Origin: Gnetum montanum
Lineage: Eukaryota > Plantae > Gnetophyta
Assembly (NCBI GenBank): GCA_015680685.1
Contig: MNCI01002932.1
Location: forward strand, 191,052-255,051
Length of the DNA: 64,000 nucleotides
Direction of reading: 5' to 3'
Of this stretch, positions 11,242 through 25,259 are shown piece after piece. Position 1 is the stretch's first letter; every line of letters starts with the position of its first letter. Position numbers and translations under genes: made by a program. The notes beneath the pieces were generated by a model. That model was not told where the DNA came from. It searched no databases and saw only the letters and a program-made list of their open reading frames with translations.

Positions 11242-12096
11242 TGATGAATCACCATTTTGTGTCGACCGTGATGTTGAGTATGTGACGTTGGGGCTATTAC
11301 GTTGCATATGTGACATTGGGGCCTGGATCCAACATCAGATGTTTGATGTCGGGGTATATACCCTAAGTCTATAAATACCACACTTGGGCTATAGTTTTCA
11401 TCATGATAGTTTAGATTTTCTAGTCAGAGTAGTGAAGCCCTTGCAATTTATTTCCCTCAGAGTTAGAATGTTTTCAAAATGCTTGTAGAAGAAGTCTAAA
11501 GTGTGTATGGTTCTTTGTTTGAGCATTGACGTACCTGAGCCCAACAGTGTGATGGAACTAAAACGAACTCTTTTGGCAATCCTTGTAGCACTGAGAATAG
11601 CTTAATATTTTCTTTATTGCATTTTACTTTCTTGTTCGGTACTTTAATGCATTTCATTAAGAAATTTATTTCTAGTAATTAATGAACACGAGCGCAACCA
11701 CTTTGAGCATTCATATAGTACTTGGTAACCTAGTAATGCTAAACATTTAGTAGCCTAGTAGTGTTATATGTGTTTAGGAAAGTAGGGCAGTTACTTGTGT
11801 TAGGCTAGCTAGACAATAGACATTAGTTTTCAATCTACTCTACCTGTATTCTTTTGGTAGGCAATTACATCTATAAAATATAAAGCAAAAAAAATTCATA
11901 TACCTTAATTACACTTAAACCATACCCTTGAGCCTCACAAGTGTAGTTGGAAAGACAACAAATGTTCTCAACATCATTTCACTTCCTAGAGAAACTAGTG
12001 TATGAGATAACTATAGTTCCATGGAATTTGATTGGATCGAGCATAATGCCTTAGTGATTTGTATGGTTGGGCGTAGTGGTACCTCACCACTCATCA
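11242..12096 (+). repeat. 5' LTR of element A (855 bp)
   Basis: Direct repeat of 20770-21592; TATA-like CTATAAATA near 11369. Confidence 0.95.
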
Positions 12097-12115
12097 TTGG
12101 TGCCATTGCCAAGGA
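12097..12115 (+). promoter_or_regulatory. Primer-binding site, tRNA-Asp type
   Basis: TTGGTGCCATTGCCAAGG directly after the LTR; differs from the Athila PBS TGGCGCCGTTGCCGGGG only by C>T/G>A transitions. Confidence 0.8.
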
Positions 12116-12739
12116 CCTTTTTCTTGTTTTTTACGCTATCTAGGATCTAGTAAAAGTATTTAAATCATTGGAACAAACTTGAGAGTCATATCGCATTTTA
12201 TAATTACTACATCAAATTCTTAGAGCACACTGTGATTTTTATTTTGCCAATCGACAATGTCTTCTTCTCACAGGATTGCTTCTCCATCCAAGCTTGATAA
12301 CACTCATCCATCAAAGCCTCAATAGTATCGAATTACATGTACTCATCTTGATGAGTATCTGTTGAACTTCACCTTCATCTTACACTAGGATGAATAGTTG
12401 CAGTGGCATGACATGGAGGGCAACATTATGTTGCCACCTAATCATGTTGTGCCTGCAATGCTCTATCAAATGTTTGCATGATGTGGTATTCAAGACCACC
12501 ATGGGGAATATATCATGGAAGATGTCAACACTAGGGATTATTATCCCATTGAAGCACAATGCCTGCGAGATCAGCAACTAGAGTAGCGCTATGAACTTTT
12601 GAAGGGAAAAGGACTTAACAATTTTTCATTCCTATTGTACCAACAAGTTAGTGGGGAACCCTTCTCTGGGGATCTTCCACTCAATGATGCTACTATCTTT
12701 AACTTCAATGATTAAGGTCAAAACCAGAATTTGCATTTC

Positions 12740-15700
12740 ACAGTTCATAATCCTGATTCTAGTAATAAGGGATCCAATGACAAAGAAAGATCCAAAGGGG
12801 CAAGTCAAGATAGGGATGTAGGTAAGAAGCAAGATTGTTACCATGGTCATGATCATCGAAGAGGTAGTAGTAGGCATCGTGATGGTGCTGGCTCTCCTTG
12901 CTCTTTCCCTTCATCATCATCTTCTTCTTTTGGCTTTGATTGTGATCATAGAAAGAGAGATTGTGATGGAGGTGATTGAAATGAGTGCAATAATTGATGG
13001 GACCACAATAATCAAGGGGACTGTCAAGATAGGCAAGATCAAGGATGTAGATGTTTAAGAGAAGCACATCTCTATGAACGAAAGGGTAGTAGAGGGCATC
13101 ATAGGCACCATGATCAAGGCCTCGATGAGCCTCTATTTGCTACCCAAAGTATGCTTAACATGGTAGAGGCAATTAAAATTCCAACAAGGCATGTGAAAGA
13201 TAGTTGGATCAGATGGGTAGACATGAATAATATTCCTCAATTTGAAGGAGGATATAATGCTAATCCATAGAATTATCTTCAAGATTTTCAAGATGCATGT
13301 GCCTTGCAAAACATAGAGAATGAATGGAAGAACCTAAAGTTTTTTCCAAGGATACTCATCAAAGAAGTAGAGAACTGGTATCAATCCTTAGAACCAGAAT
13401 CCATTAGACGATGGAGTACCATACTTGAAATGTTCAATGATAAGTATCAAATGTACTCCTGGGTATCCAACTTAAGGAAGCAAATTCAAGGATGGAAACA
13501 AGGACCACACAAACCCTTGGATGCTATAATTGGACAATATTATGCCTTGATGCACAAGTGCCATGGCCATGGTTTTTCTCAATTGGCTCAACTCCAACAC
13601 ATTATAGAGAGGCTTTGTAATGAAACAAGGAAAACCCTTGGTGTCTATGCCTAAGGGCATTTATCAGAACTATTTTCCTATTAGGTATAAATTTTAATAG
13701 AGTAGGTTGCCAAAGAGGAGGGTGAACTTAGAAAAAGAGAAAGTACAGAGGAGTATAACCACAATCCTTCCATTCACAAGTGGAAGGTTTGATTTTATGA
13801 CAGTGAGGATGAATCCATATTTGATGAGGAGATACATAAAAAAGCCTTACCACTTCAACAATTCTAATATGAACTTATGACCAAGGTTGATCAATTAAGA
13901 GACTCCATGGATAGCAGATTTTAAGTTGTCCTCAAAATTGATGAAGAGTCCTGAAAATAAGGTAGTGATCGTGAGTGCAGGAGGCGCAAAGAAGCTAAAT
14001 GTGCATATTACAAAAGTAAGGGCAAAATTGTTGTAATAGAAGAGGTTGCAAATAGTGAATCAAATGATGATCATGGATGTGATGTCTGCCAGTATGAACA
14101 TCCCAAGGGATGTTGCCCCGTTGTGTCACATATTTAAGAGTCTAGGGTGTATGCCTTACATCCACAACTTACACAAAGGAAAACATCCAAGAGGTTGCCT
14201 TATCCTCAAGGTAATCTCAGGCAACTTCACTAGCAACAACTATATTATCTAAGTGGAGCTCCACTACAGCCATATAAACAATACCAACAATGGCAACAAC
14301 CACAATCATGGGCACTTGCATTGTCAAGGAAAAAATACCCTTAATAGTAGCCTGATCCATATGGTTATCATGTTCAACAACCCATGTCTCCATGTGACTC
14401 TTCTAATCACATTTCTCAGTTATAGCCTTACTACCACCCTTATGATTATTATCAAACTTCTTGTCCACATGAAAGAAGGAATGTTATCCACTATGCTTAT
14501 CCTCCTCCTATCCTCGCACACACCTCTTTCAATTGCACAACTACCACTTGCTCCACCAATGCAAGGTGAACTACTTGCTCAACTGCAACAATGCAATGCT
14601 ATGAGGGCTATTAATTTGCAACCCAATCATCAATCAGAGGGGTTGAATGCCTGATCAAAGAAAATACCTTTCTTTTGACCTCATAGTCCACCTAAACCTT
14701 CACCTATACCCATGGTTGACAACCCTGCTCCTGCCTCTTTCTCTATATTAGATTCCTTTGGGCCTCCTTCCAACCAAACTCTACTAAGGATCCATACCAT
14801 AATTCTTACTTACACTATGTCTAATTGGATCCATGTAGGAAACCTTCCCAAGAAATTAGCTGATCCTAGAAGTCCTCTAATTTATTTGCATATTTTTTGG
14901 AACAAATCGTGTAAGGCTCTTCTTAATTTAGGTTTTAGTGTTAATTTGATTTTTCATGAGATGTACACTACCTAGAAACTTCCCCCTCTTAAGAAGAGCA
15001 ACATTAGATTGAAATTGGTAGACCAGTCCATCACTATTCCATTGGGATTGGTAGAAGACATTCTAACCACTATCTGTGGATGGTTTTATCCTACCAACTT
15101 CCTAGTAATCAAAGTGGAGAACTACAAAGGGGACTTCCCAATCATCATGGGAAGAGCATGGCTGAGCACTGTAGATGCAAGAATGGGCATTAGAGATATT
15201 TCCTTGGGAATCTCTAAAGAAAATGCATTTGGAAAGATTAAAAAGAAGAGAGTTCCATGCATCATGTATAGTGATAGTGGGTGTAATTGTGTGTAAAAAC
15301 TTTGGATCATCAAGCAAGCATCCATCTCTACATGCAAGTAGTGTGTGCCAAAAGTAGAAATTCAAATGTGTCTATACATATGAGCCATAAAATAGGAGGG
15401 CACCTAGTGGTTGATCGCTAATTCAAAAAGCAGCACACTTTGCGTGGAACCAGCTAAAAGCCTGACATGTCAATATGTCACAAGCATGGATGAACTAGTG
15501 CAAGTTCATCACCAACTCTCTGATGATACAAATGATGATACCTATTGGGAAGAGTTGGAAATTCTTGAGAACTTCAACCAACAACCCCTTGAACTAAAAA
15601 AGCTACTAGCTAGAATGGAATATGTATTTTTGAAAAATAAGAAGCTGGTTATAATCAAGGCAAGACTTGCTCTAGAACAAAAAGAGATGTTGTTAAAGGT

Positions 15701-18400
15701 AGTTCAAAGATGGTCAGCAACATTTGCTTGGTCATATCCTGAACTCATAGGGATTGATCCTAGTGTATGCTAGCATCACATTTACATTGACCCAACCATG
15801 AAGCCAAAATGATAGCCACAGAGGTGGTTGAAGCCCAAATTGAAGCAAATCGTTAAGGAGGAAATTAAACAACCCTTCAAGGTGAGGTTCATCTATTCCA
15901 TTGTAGATAGCAAGTGGGTTAGTCCACTTGTAATTGTACCAGAGACAAATGGTAAGTTGTATATTTGCATTGATTTTAGGTTGCTGAATATAGCAACATT
16001 CAAGGATCACTTTCCATTACCATTTGTTGACCAGGTGCCTGACAAAATATCAGGGCGTTGCTACTATAGCTTCCTAGATGGTTATAATGGCTATAACCAA
16101 ATTCAAATTGCACCAGAAGATAAGGAAAAAATAGCATTCACAAGTCCCTAGGGAACTTTTGCATATTATAAGATGTCATTTGGTCTATGCAATGCCCCTA
16201 CCACATTTCAACACCTGGTCTTGACCATCTTTCAATAGCAAATCGGTAGTGGTGTAGAAGTCTTTATGGATGACTTCTCCACTTATGGAGCTACATTTGA
16301 GCAAGCCTTGAACCACCTTGAGCAAGTGCTAAAATGATTTTTTGAAACTAAGTTGCGGCCCAATTGCCAAAAAAGTCACCTCATGGTCTAGGAGGGCATT
16401 GTATTGGGGCACAAAATATTGCAAGCAAGAATTGAGATGGACCTTGAAAAAATAAGGGTCATCCAAGGAATAACTTACCAGCCAAAATAGTTAAAGATGT
16501 TCAATCATTCCTTGGACACATTGGCTACTATCGATGTTTCATAGAGAATTTTTCTAAGAGCGCAAAATCATTGGATGATCTAACAAAGAAAGATGCTTCT
16601 TTTGTTTGGACTACTGAGTGTGAGAAAGCATTTTAATATGTAAAGGAAAAGCTTGTAGCAACCCAAATCCTACAAGCACCAGACTGGTCTAGACCATTTC
16701 ACATCATGACGGATGCATCAAATTATGCTTTGGGAGCTGTGTTGATGCAATTAGATGATAAGAAATGTCCATACTACATCCACTACACTAGCCAAAGCAT
16801 TGTGGATGCATAATTGAACTACACCACTACAGAAAAATAATTAATGGTAGTGGTGTTTGCTCTAGAGAAGTTTAGGTACTACATGCTTGAATACAAGGTG
16901 TTTGTGCACACAGACCATAGTGCCATTCACTTCCTAATGAACAAACCAATGGTGAGCCCTTGTGTCATTCGGTGGATGGTGATCTTGTAGGAATTTAATA
17001 TTACAATGGTAGATTGAAAGGGCACTGAGAATGTAGTCACTGATCACTTGTCTTAGTTGTGATGGGATGACAAAGAGGACAAAAATCCATTATTTGATAC
17101 ATTTCTTGATGAACTCTTCTTTGCTGGAGCAATAAATGAAAAAATGCCCAATGAGCCAAAATGGTATCATAACATTCTCACCTATCTTCTCACTCAAGAG
17201 ATGCCACAAGGGTTTGAACACCAAAGGAAATAATAGTTTCTTCACTAGGTAAAGCACTTCATGGAGATTAATGGATACCTCTACAAGGTGTGCGTTAGTG
17301 GCCTAGTTCGTTGGTGTGTCCCTAATGTAGATCAACTGCACGTGCTCCAAGATGCTCATGAAGGTCCTTGTGGAGGACACTATGCTGGGAGATGCATGAT
17401 AATTAAAATCCTAATGGCAGGGTACTATTGGCCAACACTCTTCAAGGATGCATACCATTTCATTTGCTCTTATGAATGATGTCAATGGGATGGTGGAATG
17501 ACTAAAATGGAGGAACCTCAACAATCGATTCAACCATTAGAACCATTCAACATCTGGGGCATTGATTTCATGGGTCCCATCACACCCTTGTCAAATCAAA
17601 AGGTGTACATCATAGTCACTATTAAGTATCGTATAAAATGGATAGAAGTAGTAGCCATCATTGATTGTACATCTTCTACTATTGTTTATTTTGTACAAAA
17701 AAATGTTGTAAATAGGTTTTTTGTGCCATGTGCATTAATTTTTGACAATGGAACTCATTTTATAGGCACTACTTTTCAAAAGCTCATGCAATGCTTAGGG
17801 GTTAAACATAAACTCATAATAGCTTACCATCCCCAAGCTAAGGGTCAAGCTAAGGTTACCAATAGGGAAATAACAAGAATACTAACAAGAACTGTTAGCA
17901 AATATAGGAAGGACTGGAGCATGAATTCAATGATGCCCTTTGGGCCTATCGCTCAACTTAGAAACTTCCTATAGGCTACTATCCCTATGAGCTTGTGTAT
18001 GGAAAACTACCAACACTTCCTATTCAATCTGAACTTTGTACACTTTCAATGGCTTGTGACCTTGACCTTGACTTAAGTCTAGCCCAACCTATTAGATGAA
18101 AATCAATTAGTGGCCTTATCATCTAACAAGTTGCACAAGGCTTATAATAAAAAGTGTCATGACCTAAAAATTAGAAAAGTTAAATTTCAACTAGGAGATA
18201 AGGTTCTCTATTGGAACCCCACACATGTACCTCAACCAACTAAGTTTGAGATGTTATGGTAAGGACCTTATATCATTTATGAAACTTTTCCTTCAAGGGA
18301 CATGATGATCTATAAACTTGAGAGCCCAAATAAGAAACAACTAGTCAACATTCAACAAATTAAACCTTTCCATGAGCATAAGCTAGCTAACACAACAACA
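12740..18400 (+). pseudogene. gag-pol of element A
   Basis: gag (LKFFP..ENWYQSL..W), protease (KALLNLGFSVNL, IIMGRAWL), RT (WVSPLVIVP, CIDFRLLN, FLDGYNGYNQI, FMDDF), RNase H (TDASNYALGAVL), integrase (H..PCGGH, WGIDFMGP, DNGTHF, YHPQ..GQ); many stops and frameshifts. Confidence 0.95.
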
Positions 18401-19176
18401 ACCTTATCAAATGGACAACCATGCTCCATATTTCAAATCTCTTCCTTTCAAATTAATTGTGGGGGAGATGGCCAACCGTGCTAACCATTCAAGCAGCTTC
18501 TTAGTTTTTCAACTTTTTTGTTTTNATTAATTGTGGGGGAGATGGCCAACCATGCTAACCATTCAAGCAGCTTCTTAGTTTTTCAACTTTTTTGTTTTAC
18601 ACATTTTTTATTTTACAAATTTTTGTTTTACATGTTCTTTGTTTTACATCTTTTATTTTTATGTTATTAATCTTTTCTAATTTTTATTTTACACCATCGT
18701 TAGTACATTTGATATTTCTTGAATAATTTACACTTCTATATTTTCTTTTATTTGGTGTGATTTTCTAACTTTTTGTTAATAAGTGCTAGGTATGTTTGTA
18801 ATGCATTACTTGATGGTGGTATGTATTATTTTTGTTATTTGATTATTGGTTTCTAGTTTCTAGCTTTGAATTTCATTATGGATAATTAGAACATGGTTTA
18901 TTTTCATGTAACAAGCAGCGAGTCCACAATATCCACCCATCCACACACTCTATGATTTTCCTTGTTTTGGAAACATGTAGTCCCTTTTTCATTAATCAAA
19001 CTTTAATAAATTTGTGACTTTGGTAGTTTCCATAATTGAGAAGGATTCAAAGGTTTGAACAGGGTGTGGCTTCAAAGGGATTCAGTATTCTTTGTACTTT
19101 TTTATTTGCCTAGGTGCATGTATGTTTTCATGAATTTCTTACTGTTTCGTGCCAATTAATAAAGGAAGTTGAATAA

Positions 19177-19580
19177 GTCCTTGCATGGTGTGATTCTCAT
19201 AAAAAAAAACAAAGATGAGGATTCAAAGCAGATCCCTTGGATAAAATAAATGCATACATCCTCACATGGTGTGGTTCTCATCAAGAAAAAAAAAAGTTGA
19301 GGATTCAAAGCACATCCCTTGGAAAAAATAAATGCATACGTCCTTGCATGGTGTGGTTCTCATTAAGAAAAAAGAAGAAGATGAGGATTCAAAGCACACC
19401 CCTTGAACAAAATAAATGCATACGTCCTTGCATGGTGTGGTTAGCATCATGAAAAAAAAGAGAAGATGAGGATTCAAAGCACACCCCTTGAAAAAAACAA
19501 ATGCATGTGTCTTTGCATGGTTTGATTTCCATTAAAAAAAATAATGGGAATTCAAAGCACACCCCTTACACAAAATAAAT
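19177..19580 (+). repeat. Five tandem 81-85 bp units in the 3' non-coding region of element A
   Basis: Units start at ~19177, 19258, 19340, 19424, 19509: GTCCTTGCATGGTGTGGTTCTCAT-A-tract-GATGAGGATTCAAAGCACACCCCTTG. Confidence 0.95.
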
Positions 19581-20769
19581 AGGCTACAAGCACTGGTTAT
19601 GGGACTCGTATCCTCTAACCAAGGCCTTTTCTCACTTCCTACTTCTTATCTAATTTGGAATAGTAGTTGTTTTGTGGGAGCACTCTTATGTCTCAAGGGA
19701 TGGATTGGTCTTAGAATGTCGATGCGAAGTCACTGAAAGTGGTTGGTTTTGGTCTAGACGAAGGATGGATCCTATCAAGTCATTTAACCACAAAATCCAC
19801 AAGGGACTTCATGTGATTGTAAATAGGAACTCCATTCCACACACACACACTCTTTCATCCATCTATGCTTTCCATGTTCCACCTCACTGCCAGTTTCATG
19901 TTTTGGTTCAATGTCTTGGTTTGATGTGTTGGAATTCTTAGTTAGTTACTTTTGGATTTTTGTACTTAACCTTCTGTAACCATTAAACAGCCACAGAGCC
20001 CATGGACTCTTTAGTTTGAAGTTATGCAAGGGCACAAAAGGCCTATGCCTAATTTTGGGAGGATCCACTTGCATATCTTTTAGTTGGGTTAGTTAAGTTC
20101 TTTACCCCTAGATATTTTCATAATCAAATTCTTTCTATTTACCCCATCAATGACATCCAGTTTTTAGTGAATTCTTCTTTTCATTATTGTAAATTCTTAT
20201 ATCCTCTTCAAATATTTCCTTGTATTGAACCTTTTTAAATTTAATGGATTATTTAATTTAATTAACCTTATCTGTTAGCCTTCTTGTTAACACTACTTAA
20301 AGAAACCAAGATACCACAATCACAACTTAGCCGAGTGTAACCACCGACGAGACAAGGCATTTAATAATCATGTGTTACACATTGCATACTAATTCATGAT
20401 CCTATTGTGATTGTAGTGAGAAGCATGGACTGGAAGTGGGACTATCTTACCAAGGATGATGTAGCAGTACCACACAATGAGGACCATTCGTGATCAAAGG
20501 ATCTCTTCTCTCTCTCTCATTCTCTTGTTGCCAAGAGGTGTTGGATGTTGATATTCTCTAGGGTGTTCATTCCTCTTCTCATGAACATCCACTGTTGTAA
20601 AAATTGTAATTTCGTACACTTGAGCACTCAAAGTCTATATGTATATTTCATCTGAGTTAGTTTGTCATGTTGGTCAATAATTCCATATCTACCCAATATG
20701 TTATATTGTAAAGAACTTGTTCCTTTTCTTCTTCACTCAAGGATGAGTTTTCATTCAGTCATGGGGGTA

Positions 20770-21592
20770 TGATGAATCATCGTTTTGTGTTGGCTACAAT
20801 GTCAAGTACGTGACGTTGGGGCCGTGACATTGGATGTACGGCATTGGGGTATATACCCTAAGTCTATAAATACCACACTTGGGCTCTAGTTTTCATCATG
20901 ATAGTTTAGATTTTCTAGTCAGAGTAGTGAAGCCCTTGAAGTTTATTTCCCTCAGAGTTAGAATATTTTCTAAGTACCCACAAAAGAAATCTAAAGTGTG
21001 TACAGTTCTTTTTTTGAGCACTAATGTACCTGAGTGTAGTAGTGTGACGAGAATAAAACAAACTCTTTTGGAAATCCTTGCAGCACTAAGAATAACTTAA
21101 TATTTTGTTTATTGCATTTTTACTTTCTTGTTCTTTACTTTAATGCATTTCATTAAGCAATTTATTTACATCAATTAAGGAACATGAGCATGACCACTTT
21201 GAGCATTCATATAGTACTTGGTAATCCAACAACACTGAACGTTTGGTAGCCTAGCAGTGCTATATGTGTTCAGGAAAGTGGGGCAGTTACTTATGTTAGG
21301 CTAGATAGATAATAGACATTAGTTTTTAATCTACTCTACCCTTATTGTTGTTGTAGGTGATTACATTTATAAAATATAAAATGACAAAAATTCATATACC
21401 TCAATTACACTTAAACTATATCCTTGAGCCTTACAAGTGTAGTTGGGAAGACAACGAACATTCTTATCATCATTTCACTTCCTAGAGAAACTAGTGTACG
21501 AGATAATTATAGGTCCACAGAATTCGATCGGATCATACATAACGCCTTAGTGCTTCATATGGTTGGGCATAGGGGTACCTCACCACTCATCA
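20770..21592 (+). repeat. 3' LTR of element A (823 bp), preceded by PPT-like ATGGGGGTA
   Basis: Direct repeat of 11242-12096. Confidence 0.95.
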
Positions 21593-22170
21593 CCTAGCAT
21601 TCTTCAAAATGAATACCTAGAATTTGTAACAACTTTCAACGAAGCATAAATGAAGTCATTATTGGTGATCAACCTACTTTGTGTACTTCCTTTCTTTGCA
21701 TTTTGAATTATCTTTAACCACTAGTTCTCTACTCTATTTGGAAGCTTCGACATGTAGTTATTTTTTAGCAACAAGAGCATAACTATGACCTTTCTTCAAG
21801 AGTTAAATACCATATTTTTCAATATATCACTTTTCAGCTATAACATTTGGCAAAAAAAAAAAACTCCCATTGAAAGCTGAAAAGTGAATTTATTTTTGAT
21901 AGTATTAATTTATTTTTGTTTTGGAGGATCAAGAATGGGAAGCTTTTATCTTTTGTTACTCTTTTTTTTTCATTTCTAATTGATGTATTCTTTTATCTTT
22001 AGAGAGATTTTTTTTCCTTCTTTTTACAAGAAACCTTTTATTAAGAAGTGAAAACCTATGAGAGTGCTTCTGGATAAGAGCAAGATCTAATCCTTTTTCA
22101 AGCCCAAAGGGTAGGTTTTTTAGGATTATTTATAAGGATTAAAAATTAATAAGGCATCCTTGTGACATCT
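21593..22170 (+). mobile_element. 3' remainder of LINE copy 2 (ORF2 C-terminus and 3' UTR)
   Basis: YSIWKLR motif; collinear with the uninterrupted LINE 3' fragment at 62430-63060. Confidence 0.85.
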
Positions 22171-22467
22171 TGTTCTTGGAGTTTAATGAATTTAATCATT
22201 CATCATGTAGAATCATTGTTTAACATTAAAGTAATCCAAAATGTACATTTAAACATAAAAGGGCAGGAGAATGATTGGAAAAGGAATTTAACATATGAAC
22301 TTTATTAATAAAATTTGTTTGAATACTCCATCAATTACCCTAAGTTATCTCCCTATGATACTTGATACCCTTAGAGGTAATCCAACATTGCCATCATGGT
22401 TATGTCATAAGACCAAAGGGGTGATCAATCCCTTCTTGTCTCACTTAACCCAACTCTCATCACTCAT

Positions 22468-23357
22468 TGATGAGTAGCAAGTATTCCCTATGCTCAACCA
22501 TACAAAATAATAGTGTGTACATTTGATTCAGTCAAATTTCATGGGCTATGATTTACATAAGTGGCTTATATCCTTGGATGGTAAAAGATGTAGTTTCTAG
22601 TCATTGTTTCCAAATTGTCACTTGTGTTAACCTGTTGGTATGATTAAGTGTGATTGAGGTGTAAGATATTTATTTTTATCATTTTTATTATTATTTATTT
22701 GTAAAATGATTAAATAAAGAAGGGTTTGACTATTTTAATTAACTAATTAGTTAACTAAACTATCATAAATGTGGAGCAGCCATTCCCACTTTCCGTACAC
22801 ATCCTAAACATATACTAACACTTCTAGGTTACCAAGTGTTTACTATTGGGCATACCAAGTATCCATTACTAGGATTACCAAGCATTAATATATTATACTC
22901 AAGGTGATCATACTCACGTTAATTATGAATTAGAATATTAAATGTTCATCATAAAAAAGTAAAATGCATTTAAAGTAAAATGTTGGAAAGTAAATTTAAA
23001 CTAATCCAAGTGCTACAATGGATGAAAAAAATCTCAATTTTTTTGTTATTCATGTAATTGTGTCTAGGTACATATTAGACTTGAATAAAATGCTCTACAA
23101 TCAAGTCAATTCACATTGTATCCACTCAGTGGGAAAAGTATACTAAGTTTTATAGAAAGAAACAAGAAAAGTTTGGCTAAGGTATGGACCAATTAGTTCA
23201 ATAAATGTAGAAGGTGTGCATACTTATATAGGCAACAATTGGATTAGTGTTAATACATATGTACCAATGCATCTCGAGATGTGTTGATGGGGATGCATTG
23301 ATGGGGTAGCATCAATGAGCATGCATTAACCTAGTTTCCTTATTTGACATTTTATCA
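22468..23357 (-). repeat. 3' LTR of element B
   Basis: Runs TGATGAG...TTATCA on +, followed by the reverse complement of the PPT region seen in element A. Confidence 0.8.
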
Positions 23358-23469
23358 TACCTCCACGATTGACTGAAAACTCATCATTAAGCAGAAAAAA
23401 AAGGATTAATTTTCTTACAAAATTTAAAGAAGTATGGAACTAACTAATTGGCTAACTAACTAACTAACT

Positions 23470-25259
23470 AACTCTCCTTGGCATTTTTGGCATCTTATTA
23501 TTTTTATTGAAGCCATTGGAAAGCTTTATCTCTTATAAGTTCTAGCTTGAGAATAGTAGGATTAGCGAGATGGGTTCTAAGTTTTGCAACTTCAGCATCC
23601 AACCGTTGATTACTAGTGGTGGTTTCCTCTAGTTTTGCATTGGAAATCAATAGCTTGCCCCTCATCTCTAATAACTGTGGCTAGGTGGTTGATATATCTT
23701 TCAAAATTTTAAAGATCTTCAAAATCGATTGCCTAGATCCAACCAATTATCCCAACACTTCCTCAAATTAGGTAATGTTCATCCTTCCACTCCCTACTCT
23801 TGTTGATGCCTATACATCTACCATGATAGCAACATCAAGGATAGATGTAGCATGAGCACTTATAGTTTCCCCAATATGGTCCACCACCATTTCCATTACT
23901 ATCTCTTGGCTCTTTTGTAGCATGACCAGGATTTTTGCTTCTTTGTCTCATTTCAACATTATAGATAAGGTTACTACATTCCCAAAAATTTTGGGGAATG
24001 CTTATCCTAGAATGAATACAGTAACTTCTCTAGCATTAGGATTAGACAGATAGGTGTCTAGTTCCTTTATTCTAAGGACAACAATGTCATTTTGCTATCT
24101 AGCCTACTAATGGTTCTTATGACCTTGTTTAGGTGGCTTATGGCTGGACAGTAGATTGAAGATTCTCCATTGCCTTCAAAGGCTTACTATTATTATAGAA
24201 ACTACTCTCTAAGCTTCCTTAGTCATTTTGCAACTACCAACATTTTTGGTGTTGTCTCTCATGCTTTAGGTGGTGGTGGTGGTGATTGCTCCTCTTTTTG
24301 AAATTTGACTAGAGCTTTATCCTTTATCATCTCCTACCAAGATGTGGCAGGATCCCTATGAATCATATCATTTGAGTAGTAGGCTATACCTCTCCTTTTG
24401 TAAATTTTTCTAATTAAGCATGGGAACATAAATGTCTTTCTATCTTTCCAATTCTCCTTGAAACATTTTTCAATCTCAAGAAAGATGAGTTCTGGTAGGT
24501 TGACTAGGAATTTTCTTCTTAGAGTTATACATGCCTGGGCGAAGAAGAGTGTGACATTGCTTGGACTCACTAATAGATTAAAGTGATAGGTTGTGATTTT
24601 AAAATATGATACTCTACCTTGGTGATGGTATCATACTCATTATGGTCTAGTCCATAGCATCACTAAACTCACTCTTTTTTAGCCTCTAGGTTTACTTAGG
24701 TAGATAACTCTACCAACTTTTCCCTAGTGTTCAACAACTCAAGAGCTTCTACAATGGCCTTAACTAAGTAGGAGATGATGATGTTCTTTATTTTAATAGT
24801 AACATCTCCTTTTTTATTGTTCCAAAAGATGTAGGTTTCTCTCATGTACCATTCCTCACCATTGAAGAGAATGGGCCATAGTAGAGACCCTTGAAGTTGT
24901 GTTCAAACCTCTTTAGGTGCAAGCTTCAAGAATGATTTGAAGTTTAGCTCCTATAGTATAAAGCTTTGAATCTCCTTGGTTTGGACCTTTTCTAGGTAGG
25001 ATTCTGTAAGTGTGATCTCTATATTATGTCTTGGTTTTGGGACTTTATCTTACCTATATTGGATTGTTTTTGCTATAGGAATCTATTTTAAAAATTCCAC
25101 CTTAGTCTCCTCTCATAGGGATTTGGTAGCATGAGTAGCTTTGGTTGCTTACTCTTGTGGTTGTTGTTGCTGTTGTTATCGTTGGTTCCTTCCTCTTCAT
25201 TGTTACTTTCACCTAGGTTATGAAGGTCCTCCTACCTATGATCCTCTTTTGGGTTCCAT
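23470..25259 (-). pseudogene. Extra 3' (env-like, Athila-type accessory) ORF of element B
   Basis: CACAG|ATG start; ELNFKSFL..QLQGSLLWPILFNGEEWYMRETYIFWNNK matches the ORF at 41396-41728; VNLPELIFLEI..FMFPCLIRKIYKRRGI; coiled-coil-like C-terminus; multiple stops. Confidence 0.75.

Larger units (their letters stand above)
11242..21592 (+). mobile_element. Full-length Athila-type Ty3/gypsy LTR retrotransposon (element A), decayed
   Basis: Paired LTRs with TGATGA...TCATCA ends, 5-bp TSD CCTAG (11237-11241, 21593-21597), PBS, PPT, and gag-PR-RT-RH-INT order. Confidence 0.95.

Noticed and set aside
18452-18598. 73-bp direct duplication
   Set aside because: The copies are separated by a single n and differ at one base, typical of a contig-overlap artefact.
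19177-19580. CRISPR-like repeat-spacer appearance
   Set aside because: The variable parts are A-tracts rather than unique spacers, there are no cas genes, and it lies inside a plant retrotransposon.
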